This document shows, in pieces, positions 1 to 8,170 of a stretch of 64,000 nt of DNA. The DNA comes from Bdellovibrionota bacterium (GTDB lineage: Bacteria > Bdellovibrionota_C > UBA2361 > CALJRW01): contig JBGSMD010000048.1 of the NCBI GenBank assembly GCA_041740355.1, positions 1 to 64,000 of the forward strand, in the 5' to 3' direction. How positions within the stretch are numbered: position 1 is the first letter of the stretch; every line of letters starts with the position of its first letter. Both the position numbers and the translations under genes were made by a program. The notes below the pieces were generated by a model. It was given only the letters and a program-made list of their open reading frames with translations, was not told where the DNA came from and did not search any database.

Positions 1-60
1 CGATACCAATAATTCCTTATGGCTCGCTACTTCCTTATTGATTTCTAACTTTCGGGACAC

Positions 61-76
61 ATGTCACTTATGACAT
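61..76. promoter_or_regulatory. Palindrome ATGTCA-CTTA-TGACAT, putative transcription-factor operator
   Basis: Perfect 6-bp inverted repeat with a 4-bp spacer in intergenic DNA, just upstream of a possible minus-strand GTG ORF that runs off the window start. Confidence 0.3.
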
Positions 77-201
77 ATCTTCAAGACTATAGATATAGAA
101 AATCATACTTCTTACGTAATTTATTTATTGGACTTACTATAGTAGCAGTAATAAGGATTTTATTAATGGAATTACTCCAATTTTGACTAATTAGGAGTTT
201 T

Positions 202-360
202 TAGCCTCTATTAGGTATATAAATCTATTTCTTGTCCATACTAGTCTACTATAAGTCTAATTTTTAACTTACATGCTAATTTGCAAATTTATAGCCTATA
301 TATAGTCTACATTTCTTTATATATGCTCATCTAATTTAAATAAAGCCTTTATTCAGGCTA
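202..360 (+). promoter_or_regulatory. Array of 18-bp HipB-type operators (consensus TAGCC-N8-GKCTA)
   Basis: Copies at 202-219 (degenerate), 242-259, 292-309 and 343-360 upstream of the hipB-like gene; same 5-8-5 geometry as the E. coli HipB operator TATCC-N8-GGATA. Confidence 0.55.
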
Positions 361-414
361 TAAAATAGGATATGCTGAAAATTAATTAAGAAAACTCGAT
401 TTTTTGCTAAGAAG

Positions 415-621
415 ATGGAAGACATATTTACTCAACAAGTAGCAGAAGAATTCAAAAAAAGAAGAAAGCAAAGAGGCCTTACTCAACAAGAGATTGCTGA
501 AGCAAATGGTGTTGGCCTCAACTTTATTAAATCAATAGAGTCTGGAAAAAATAATATGCAGTTAAACAAATTACTTCCAGTCTTAGGTTTCTTAGGCATA
601 AAATTAAAAATTGAACTATGA
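415..621 (+). CDS. hipB: XRE-family HTH protein, HipB-like antitoxin/regulator
   Basis: RRKQRGLTQQEIAEANGVGLNFIKSIESGK HTH; first gene of a translationally coupled hip operon. Confidence 0.85.
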   Translation: MEDIFTQQVAEEFKKRRKQRGLTQQEIAEANGVGLNFIKSIESGKNNMQLNKLLPVLGFLGIKLKIEL

Positions 622-950
622 CTCAACTGAAAGTCTATTATCAAGATAAACTAGCAGGATATCTGTCTGAGAAAAAAAGTAATCAGAATGAAATTTATGA
701 ATTTATTTACGATCAAAGTTATTTAGCACAGCCAACAGCACGACCAATCTCAGTAAATCTTCCACTCCAGGCCGACAAATATATTTCCAAACAACTATTC
801 CCATTTTTTGATAACTTACTAGCAGAAGGTTGGTTATTAGATGCACAACTAAAAACTCATAAATTAAATTCGGAAGATCGGTTTGCACTAATTGCAATTT
901 GTGGTTTAGAAACTATTGGCGCAGTAAGCTTGAAGGGAATAGATGAATAA
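618..950 (+). CDS. HipA N-terminal-domain protein (Couple_hipA, HipS-like antitoxin)
   Basis: YEFIYDQSYL...PISVNLP...LFPFFDNLLAEGW...ETIGAVSL motifs; overlaps both neighbours. Confidence 0.85.
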   Translation: MTQLKVYYQDKLAGYLSEKKSNQNEIYEFIYDQSYLAQPTARPISVNLPLQADKYISKQLFPFFDNLLAEGWLLDAQLKTHKLNSEDRFALIAICGLETIGAVSLKGIDE

Positions 951-1893
951 AACTTGTTTAGCCTGCCTTGCACCCCTAGTAAATTTAGAAAATGAGCTAC
1001 ATGTTAAATGTCGTAGGTCACTATTTGGGTCAAGTAAGGTCGCTCTAAAGCTTCCTTTTAGCCGAGTACAGATTATTATCGAGGCTACTCAAAAAGCTCT
1101 AAGAATGTCGCTGGGTGGGGCTCAGCCAAAAGCCTTAGTCGCAATTAAAAAAGGAGAACTTGCAATTGTAGAAAGTAATGGCCTATTTATTTTAAAGCCT
1201 TCCACCGAGGGTCATCCCCACATAAGTGAGAATGAACATTATTGTATGAATGTTGTCCGAAGTTTTTCACTACCTGTGCCTCCATTCTGTTTAATTAAGT
1301 TAGAGGGCAATGAATACGCTTATTTAATAAAAAGATTTGATCGAGAAAAAGAGAAAAAAATCCATGTGGAAGATTTTGCCTCAGTCTTATCTCAAAAATC
1401 TAGTGAGAAATATGAAAAAAGTTATTTAGCTGTTGCCGTGGCCTTAAGCAAACATAGTCGTGACTATGGACTAGAGAGATACCGTTTATTTCAACTAATC
1501 ATCCTTAGTTACGTTATGGGCAATAATGATCTGCATTTAAAGAATTTTAGCTTAATTGATCAAACCTCTCACTACGAACTTAGCCCTTGTTATGATTTCG
1601 TCTGTTCCAAATATTACTATCCAAGTGCCCCTGAAATGGCGATTGAACTAATGCCTGATTACTTAGGCGGATTAGAAACTACTGGATATTATCAAAGAGC
1701 AGATTTTGAGTTATTAGCCAAAGAACTTAAATTAACGACAGCGCAAACTAATAAATCATTCGAAAAATTATTAGATCATAAAACTAAGATTTTTGGATTA
1801 CTGAATAGTTCATTTATACCAAAAGTAGAACAAGAAAAAATTAAGGAGATTATTGAAAATGGTTATCAGAGAATGTTTGGAAGAATGACTTAA
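943..1893 (+). CDS. HipA-family Ser/Thr kinase toxin (HipT-like)
   Basis: MSLGGAQPK Gly-rich loop, ENEH, IKRFDR, EDF, GNNDLHLKNFSL catalytic motif, LSPCYD. Confidence 0.9.
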   Translation: MNKTCLACLAPLVNLENELHVKCRRSLFGSSKVALKLPFSRVQIIIEATQKALRMSLGGAQPKALVAIKKGELAIVESNGLFILKPSTEGHPHISENEHYCMNVVRSFSLPVPPFCLIKLEGNEYAYLIKRFDREKEKKIHVEDFASVLSQKSSEKYEKSYLAVAVALSKHSRDYGLERYRLFQLIILSYVMGNNDLHLKNFSLIDQTSHYELSPCYDFVCSKYYYPSAPEMAIELMPDYLGGLETTGYYQRADFELLAKELKLTTAQTNKSFEKLLDHKTKIFGLLNSSFIPKVEQEKIKEIIENGYQRMFGRMT

Positions 1894-3407
1894 CAGAACA
1901 TCTTATAAACAGGATTATCGGTCTCTTCAATGCAACTAAAACCAGATTTTTTGGCAAGTTCAAGTAGCGGTTGATCCTTGCCATCGGGTATTTGTAGCCC
2001 AACTAAAACTCGTCCGCGATCACTTCCATGAGATCGATAGTGAAAGAGACTTATGTTCCAATTTGATCCGACATAGTCTAAGAAATCGCCCAGTGCCCCT
2101 GAACGTTCAGGAAACTCCATGCGAAAAAGGCGCTCATTTTGAAGGTAAGCTGACTTTCCACCAACCATATGCCGGATATGTAATTTGGCTAATTCATTTT
2201 TAGAAATATCAGAAAAGACAATTCCTTTACTCGATAAGCTTTCAAATAATTTATCACGATCCTCCGGTTTAGGAATACTGACTCCTAAAAAAAGAATTGC
2301 CTTGTCCGGATTATTATAACGATAATTAAATTCCGTAATACTGTACTTTCCTAGAATCTGGCAAAAGCGTTTTAAGCTCCTTGGTTTTTCGGGAATCTCC
2401 ACTGCCAGTAGCACTTCCTTTTTCTCCCCAAGCAGAACACGTTCTGCCACATAGCCTAGGCGATCAAAATTCATGTTGGCACCACAAGCAATCCCAACAA
2501 CATTCTTCCCTTCAATCTTATTAAGTGAAAGATATTTTTTCATTCCGGCAACAGTTAGTGCTCCGGCAGGCTCTACTACTACTCGAGTGTCTTCAAAAAT
2601 ATCTTTAATTGCGGCACAAATTTTATCTGTAGAGACTAGAATAATTTCATCTAATAATTCACGACAAAGCCTAAATGTTTCTACTCCTACTTGCTTTACA
2701 GCTACCCCATCAGCAAAACCACCGACCCAATCAAGTGTTACAATTTTACCAGCTCTGATCGAGTCGTGCATGCTTGCCGCCTCAAATGGCTCCACACCAA
2801 TTAACTTAACATTGGGCCTATGATGTTTTACGTAAAGAGCTATTCCAGCAGCTATTCCACCACCTCCAATAGGTAGAAATAAGTAATCAAACTCATTTAA
2901 TTGTTCACAGATTTCTTTGCCAATCGTACCTTGTCCCGCTATTACATCCGGATCATCAAAGGGATGGATGGAGATATAATTATGTTTTTCAATTAATTCT
3001 TGGGCATGTAAAAATGCTTCATGAACAGAATCTCCGTGTAAAACAACTTCTGCCCCATAGGCTTTTACAGGTCTAATCTTAATTTCTGGAGCTGAGAGTG
3101 GCATGACAATAATAGTGCGGCAGTCGAAGTACTGACCCGCAAAGGCTACTCCTTGGGCATGATTTCCCGCAGACACAGCAATTAATCCTCTTTTGCGTTC
3201 TTCTGATGTTAACTGCGCAATCTTGTTAAAAGCGCCACGAATTTTAAAAGAAAAAACTTCCTGATGATCTTCTCTTTTTAGATATACATGATTTTTTGTT
3301 TTACGGGTTAAGTTCACACAAGGAGTAAGGGCTGTAACAATTGCAGCTTCATAGACATGAGAGTTTTCTATTTTATCTAGATATTCCTGATGACTAAGCA
3401 TTTTCAA
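1890..3407 (-). CDS. ilvA: Biosynthetic threonine ammonia-lyase
   Basis: LKRED..VFSFKIRGA PLP-lysine motif, SAGNHAQG, two C-terminal ACT-like regulatory domains (EIPEKP, EFPERSGAL). Confidence 0.95.
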   Translation of the reverse strand: MKMLSHQEYLDKIENSHVYEAAIVTALTPCVNLTRKTKNHVYLKREDHQEVFSFKIRGAFNKIAQLTSEERKRGLIAVSAGNHAQGVAFAGQYFDCRTIIVMPLSAPEIKIRPVKAYGAEVVLHGDSVHEAFLHAQELIEKHNYISIHPFDDPDVIAGQGTIGKEICEQLNEFDYLFLPIGGGGIAAGIALYVKHHRPNVKLIGVEPFEAASMHDSIRAGKIVTLDWVGGFADGVAVKQVGVETFRLCRELLDEIILVSTDKICAAIKDIFEDTRVVVEPAGALTVAGMKKYLSLNKIEGKNVVGIACGANMNFDRLGYVAERVLLGEKKEVLLAVEIPEKPRSLKRFCQILGKYSITEFNYRYNNPDKAILFLGVSIPKPEDRDKLFESLSSKGIVFSDISKNELAKLHIRHMVGGKSAYLQNERLFRMEFPERSGALGDFLDYVGSNWNISLFHYRSHGSDRGRVLVGLQIPDGKDQPLLELAKKSGFSCIEETDNPVYKMFC

Positions 3408-4197
3408 TTAATTTTAATAGATCGGAGTGGATGATACTATTACTAGCAACATAAGATGTTGCCTGTAAAGACTCTCCTTGATAAGCGAGCTTCTCTCCCA
3501 GTTGGTTACTAACAGTTCCACCACTTTCGGTGATAATCAGATCAAAAGGAGCAAAATCCCAAACTTTTGGCGTTCCTCTGTGTCCAAGTCCATAGATACA
3601 ACCTGCAAGCTGTCCTGTAGCAATTAGGTATTGCGAAGCGCCCGTGTGGTATTTATTAAGAAATTCCCCTGATGGAATCGGCATGTCGCGTAAGTTAATC
3701 GCAGATGGCTGGTAACTGTCGGCATTAACTTGAACTTTCCCAAGTTTGCTAGTGTAGGCCCCCTGCCCTTTAACAGCTAAACATAATTCTGCTTGGGCGG
3801 GAAAATACGCGATCGAAAAATCAACTTCCTGATTAACAACTAAACAGATTAAAATTAAGAAATCATCCATTCCAGCGGCAAAGTTCTTTGTCCCATCTAA
3901 AGGATCAAGATACCAAACTCGATTCGTGTTTTTTGCTTGCTGACTACTCTCTCCGGTTTCTTCGGAAATAATTAAATCTTCTGGGAAATATGCTCTTAAG
4001 GCGGAAAGTAGAATTTCATTAGTAGCAATATCAGCTTCTGTCACCAATGTTCCATCATCCTTACTACTCTGTTGCAAATTCTTGCTCTCAGGATTCCCAG
4101 GCCAATAAGACAATAAAGTTTCTCCCGCCATTAAGACGCTTTCCACTAATTTTTGCTGCTGTTCGCTGAGGTTTAAGTTAATTTTAGAAATATCCAC
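3394..4197 (-). CDS. Inositol monophosphatase/CysQ-family phosphatase
   Basis: VTEAD, ISEE, WYLDPLDGTKNF and WD motifs. Confidence 0.9.
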   Translation of the reverse strand: MDISKINLNLSEQQQKLVESVLMAGETLLSYWPGNPESKNLQQSSKDDGTLVTEADIATNEILLSALRAYFPEDLIISEETGESSQQAKNTNRVWYLDPLDGTKNFAAGMDDFLILICLVVNQEVDFSIAYFPAQAELCLAVKGQGAYTSKLGKVQVNADSYQPSAINLRDMPIPSGEFLNKYHTGASQYLIATGQLAGCIYGLGHRGTPKVWDFAPFDLIITESGGTVSNQLGEKLAYQGESLQATSYVASNSIIHSDLLKLIENA

Positions 4198-4561
4198 TGT
4201 TGTTACTTTGAATGTAGAAGGAAATACAAGTTATCATTACCATTTAAAATGTCAAAATAGCTATAAATTTCAATATTTTATAGTTACTATCTAATTTTTG
4301 CTTCAGTCTAATTCAGGTTATTTTATTTACATATATAGGAACAAGAAGAACAAAAACTTGCTGGCTTAACTTTTCTGATTATTAACTTCTCTGGGGTAAT
4401 GCTATGATCCATAGCAAACTATTCCCTCCTCTTTTTTCAAGTTTTTTTAGTCTAAGGAACGAATTCCTATCAGTTTCAGCCGTAACTTAAGGCCTTATTG
4501 CTGGGTTAAGAATAGATCATTTTAGGGGGAATCTACCTAAATGAGCATTTGTATTGCAAGC

Positions 4562-4598
4562 AGACTGCAGAATCAAATTATAAATGAATCCGCAGTCT
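4562..4598 (-). terminator. Putative hairpin downstream of the 761-aa gene
   Basis: AGACTGC...GCAGTCT imperfect inverted repeat about 25 bp past the stop codon. Confidence 0.35.
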
Positions 4599-4621
4599 TT
4601 ATATTTATGTCACTTAACTAT

Positions 4622-6907
4622 TTATTTCCGAGGAGAACAAACCTCTGTGTTGCTACAGTCTTTAATTAGGCTGTTTAACTCTTTTTTACTTTGACTAACA
4701 ACATCTTGAACATAACCAGATTTAACATCACGTTTAACTTGTTTAAGATCGTAACAAGCTTTCACTTTATTTGCTAAGCTAGTTGCAAGCTTAGAAAGCT
4801 TATTCAGTTTTTTCTGATGTTTTTTTACTTCTTCGGCAAAGGATAAAGTAACACAACTATCCCCGCAAACAGTAATACCTTTGGTGAAGATAGTTAAAGC
4901 TGCCTGGTTAAGTTCTGTGATAATTGTTTTTGCTTCTTTAATCGTCTTGGCTGACTTAACTCCACATGAGTATTGAGCATCACGCTTACCATCGTCCTTG
5001 ATTCGTTTAAACAATCCCTTGGAAAGCTTTTGAAATCTCTTTTCAAAAGCCAAGATTTCTGGTGTTGGCTCCACAATGATACAATTATTTACTGAAATAC
5101 ACTGAGTTGCATCTAAAATGCTTCCACCACATACTCCACAAGCATCAGTTTGCTTATTACTAAAGCAAATATTATCGCAACCTCGATCCGAGTTATTTCC
5201 ACCACAGACCTTACATTCATCCAATGTCATTCCACTAAAGCAAACATTATCACACCCTTTTGCTTCATTCTTACCATTACAGATTCCACAATCATCAATC
5301 ACTGCCTTTCCGCCCATTACTCCATTACAATCTGGAACTGGACACTTTGTTGGATCTGTAATTCCACCACCGCAAACATTACATGAATCAATAGTTTTTC
5401 CACTATTACAAACATTGTCGCAACCTTTGCTAGCATTTTTTCCATCGCATACTCCACAGTCATCAACCACGGATTTGCCACCCATTACTCCGGCACAATC
5501 CTTCTGCTCTGCACAACGAATTTCAATCCCAGAAATATTAGCATCTCCTCCCGAAGCAGTAATATTTAAAGAACCATCAATTACATTTCTTAAGTATGGT
5601 CCATGCTTGAACCATTGACCCGAATTACCACTAGATTGGTTTTGTAAAGCATTGCTTCCTTCAATTTTTAGTGAAAAGTTATCTTTAATATTATCTTCCC
5701 ATGTCCAGACATAAATATTGTAATCATCGGGCAGGATCCCATTCACATTCATGTATAGTTCTTTATTGTTACGTGATCCATGATAGATTGAAGAACGAAG
5801 CATGCTATCCGTTCCGGGGTCACTTAGGGCAGGATTAAGTGGTACTAAATTATTAGTAAAGCTAGTTCCGCTATGGCTAAAATCAACACTACCATTATCC
5901 CAAGACTCTGTTCCAACTAGGCCTGCGACTCCAGCAGTATCTATACCTCGAATCAACTTATTTCCATCTCCAGGCAAACATGCAACTTTTAGTTGATCCT
6001 CAATGGAAATTGCAAGAAAATTCCAAACTAGAGATGCTGGATCAAGGCTAAGTCTTTTAAAATCATCTCTCGAGAAAAGCTGCGTGGAAACTGAAGTTAT
6101 ACCTGCGGGAATCACAATTGGAATATCTAATGTATCCCACTCTTGACCAGAATGACTATTAAGGCAGTCACTGCATTTTGTGGTCGTACCACCAATAGTT
6201 ACTTCAATTGAGTTTGGTCGAACTCCACCACCCGAATGACTACCCTCAACACTGGAAATTAAATAATGTAAAGTGGCACTTCTATCTTTTATGCTTGCTG
6301 GAAATGAAAGTGTTTTTGGATTTGTAGTCTTAAGCGTTCCAGGACTTTTATGATAAGCAAAATCATGTCCATCAAGTATTCCAATGCTCCCCTTAGCTGT
6401 ACCATCATCGTATATAACAATCATACCAGCACCATTACTTGCTTTGCTAAAAGTTAATCCAGAAACTGTGAAATTATTAGTTCCATTAGTTACTAAGTTA
6501 TGATTTGTTATATCAGCTCTGAAGGTTGCCGAGTAATAAGGAAAATTACCTGGGCAATTAGTTTTATCTGGGCAGATATCTCCGATCTTTTCACCTGTGA
6601 TAGTGACTTCGCTTCCACCTTGTTTTTTTAAGATAATAGTTTCATCAACTGGAGTTCCAGTTGTCATGAATCCTTGCCAATACAAAAGGACTTGTTTGAT
6701 GGTATGATTTGGCACATCAATTTTCAAATTACCCGGCTGTGTTAAAAGCCCCACCCCAGCGGTTACCATTCCTGTACCAGAAGCTACTTGAAAAGTTGCA
6801 GGGCCTAAGTTTTCATCATTTGTTTGAATTAGATAGCTACTTGGAATCCCAAGTGTAATTAACAACGCCAGACTCACAATTAATACAAATAGAATTAGTT
6901 TTTTCAT
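4622..6907 (-). CDS. Secreted multidomain protein: beta-sandwich N-terminus, malectin/CBM-like domain, Cys-rich DxCGVCxG repeats, basic Cys-containing C-terminal domain
   Basis: Signal peptide MKKLILFVLIVSLALL; DGSLNITASGGDANISGIEI; repeated DDCGVCDG/GCDNVC. Confidence 0.75.
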   Translation of the reverse strand: MKKLILFVLIVSLALLITLGIPSSYLIQTNDENLGPATFQVASGTGMVTAGVGLLTQPGNLKIDVPNHTIKQVLLYWQGFMTTGTPVDETIILKKQGGSEVTITGEKIGDICPDKTNCPGNFPYYSATFRADITNHNLVTNGTNNFTVSGLTFSKASNGAGMIVIYDDGTAKGSIGILDGHDFAYHKSPGTLKTTNPKTLSFPASIKDRSATLHYLISSVEGSHSGGGVRPNSIEVTIGGTTTKCSDCLNSHSGQEWDTLDIPIVIPAGITSVSTQLFSRDDFKRLSLDPASLVWNFLAISIEDQLKVACLPGDGNKLIRGIDTAGVAGLVGTESWDNGSVDFSHSGTSFTNNLVPLNPALSDPGTDSMLRSSIYHGSRNNKELYMNVNGILPDDYNIYVWTWEDNIKDNFSLKIEGSNALQNQSSGNSGQWFKHGPYLRNVIDGSLNITASGGDANISGIEIRCAEQKDCAGVMGGKSVVDDCGVCDGKNASKGCDNVCNSGKTIDSCNVCGGGITDPTKCPVPDCNGVMGGKAVIDDCGICNGKNEAKGCDNVCFSGMTLDECKVCGGNNSDRGCDNICFSNKQTDACGVCGGSILDATQCISVNNCIIVEPTPEILAFEKRFQKLSKGLFKRIKDDGKRDAQYSCGVKSAKTIKEAKTIITELNQAALTIFTKGITVCGDSCVTLSFAEEVKKHQKKLNKLSKLATSLANKVKACYDLKQVKRDVKSGYVQDVVSQSKKELNSLIKDCSNTEVCSPRK

Positions 6908-7293
6908 TTATGCTTTAGTTATTATTATTCAATGAATTATTTTCATTAAGATGAGGGGATAAGCTTCTCAGTTGCAACTCAATTTTAACAAGTTTTCCTG
7001 CCTCCTAAGTGCTTGATTTTAAGTCTAAATTAAGACTGATAGCTTAAAAAATATCCCACCGCAGATCTGAAAGGTCTCCAGATCCCTCAACCCTAGCCAC
7101 TAGTATGGACATAAATACTTTTGACAACTCCAGAGGATTCTTCTTAACCTAACTAATTTTAAATGATGTATTCAAACTCCGATCAATTAGAAGACTTCAA
7201 AATCAATCTGTGATTATAACTAACTCCAATCCAAATCATCACTTTCTTGTAGATATAATTTATGAAAAACTATCTCTAGAAGATCAGTAAGTT

Positions 7294-7635
7294 ATGTTAT
7301 ATAAATACAACATGAATAAAGTCTTGTCTGATGATTTTATATTTAAAGCCATTGCTCATGAAACTCGTCGTCAAATTTTGGATCTGCTGCAAAAGAAAGG
7401 AAAAACTACTGGTCAACTTTGCCTTGACTTGCCTAAGTTAGACCGGTGCACCGTGATGCAACACTTACGCTACTTGGAAAAGGCTAAGTTAGTTATTGTT
7501 AAAAAGCATGGGAGAGAGCGTTGGAACTATCTGAATGCCTTGCCGATAAAGCGAATCCACGAAAGTTGGATTAATCAATATTCCAGTATCCCCTTGGATT
7601 CACTTATTAAATTACAAAGCAGACTTCAAGGCTAA
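7294..7635 (+). CDS. ArsR/SmtB-family transcriptional regulator (true start possibly ATG at 7312)
   Basis: FKAIAHETRRQILDLL...VMQHLRYLEKAKLV...GRERWNYLN; an ATGTT-N10-AACAT palindrome at 7294-7313 may be its operator. Confidence 0.9.
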   Translation: MLYKYNMNKVLSDDFIFKAIAHETRRQILDLLQKKGKTTGQLCLDLPKLDRCTVMQHLRYLEKAKLVIVKKHGRERWNYLNALPIKRIHESWINQYSSIPLDSLIKLQSRLQG

Positions 7636-7713
7636 ATGCTCAAAAAACTGTTGGAACTCTGCTAAATATTTAAGTATATTTGTGGATAGCTCTTTTTTTT
7701 AATAATAAAATTC

Positions 7714-8076
7714 ATGTACAGCAAATTGAAGAGAACGACTAATAAACAAATTGTTACCCAAATCGAAGATCTACCTAACTCCGATTTCACCAAAGCCTGT
7801 TACCATATCATTGCCAGAATCCCGCGCGGTAAAATTTTAACTTATCAAGCGATCGCTGACCACTTGGGTACAAAAGCTTACCGTGCAGTAGGAACAGCCA
7901 TGGCTAAAAACCCATTAGCACCAACGGTACCTTGTCACCGAGTGGTTAATTCTTCTGGATGCATTGGACAATATGCCTTTGGACAGATTGAAAAAATTAG
8001 GCTTTTACAAAGTGAGGGAGTAGAAATCAAAGACGGCAAGGTGATTGATCTGGAAAAATACTTATACCAGCTTTAA
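7714..8076 (+). CDS. Methylated-DNA-protein-cysteine methyltransferase family (C-terminal domain only)
   Basis: IPRGKILTY, YRAVGTAM..NP, active-site PCHRVV. Confidence 0.9.
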   Translation: MYSKLKRTTNKQIVTQIEDLPNSDFTKACYHIIARIPRGKILTYQAIADHLGTKAYRAVGTAMAKNPLAPTVPCHRVVNSSGCIGQYAFGQIEKIRLLQSEGVEIKDGKVIDLEKYLYQL

Positions 8077-8170
8077 TAAACTTCTCATTACTAGCTAGCT
8101 CCAAAATTTTTGTTTGCCTAGTTAGTGCAATCTCGTATACTTAGCTAAGTTCTATGTTGTCTGCTGTAAG

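Noticed and set aside
1-60. Possible minus-strand ORF starting GTG at 60 and running off the window
   Set aside because: Only 20 codons visible and no recognisable motif
2473-2823. 116-aa plus-strand ORF
   Set aside because: Antisense shadow of ilvA
4894-5996. Several short ORFs, including a repetitive 166-aa plus-strand ORF
   Set aside because: Shadows of the 761-aa gene; the repetitiveness comes from its Cys-rich repeats
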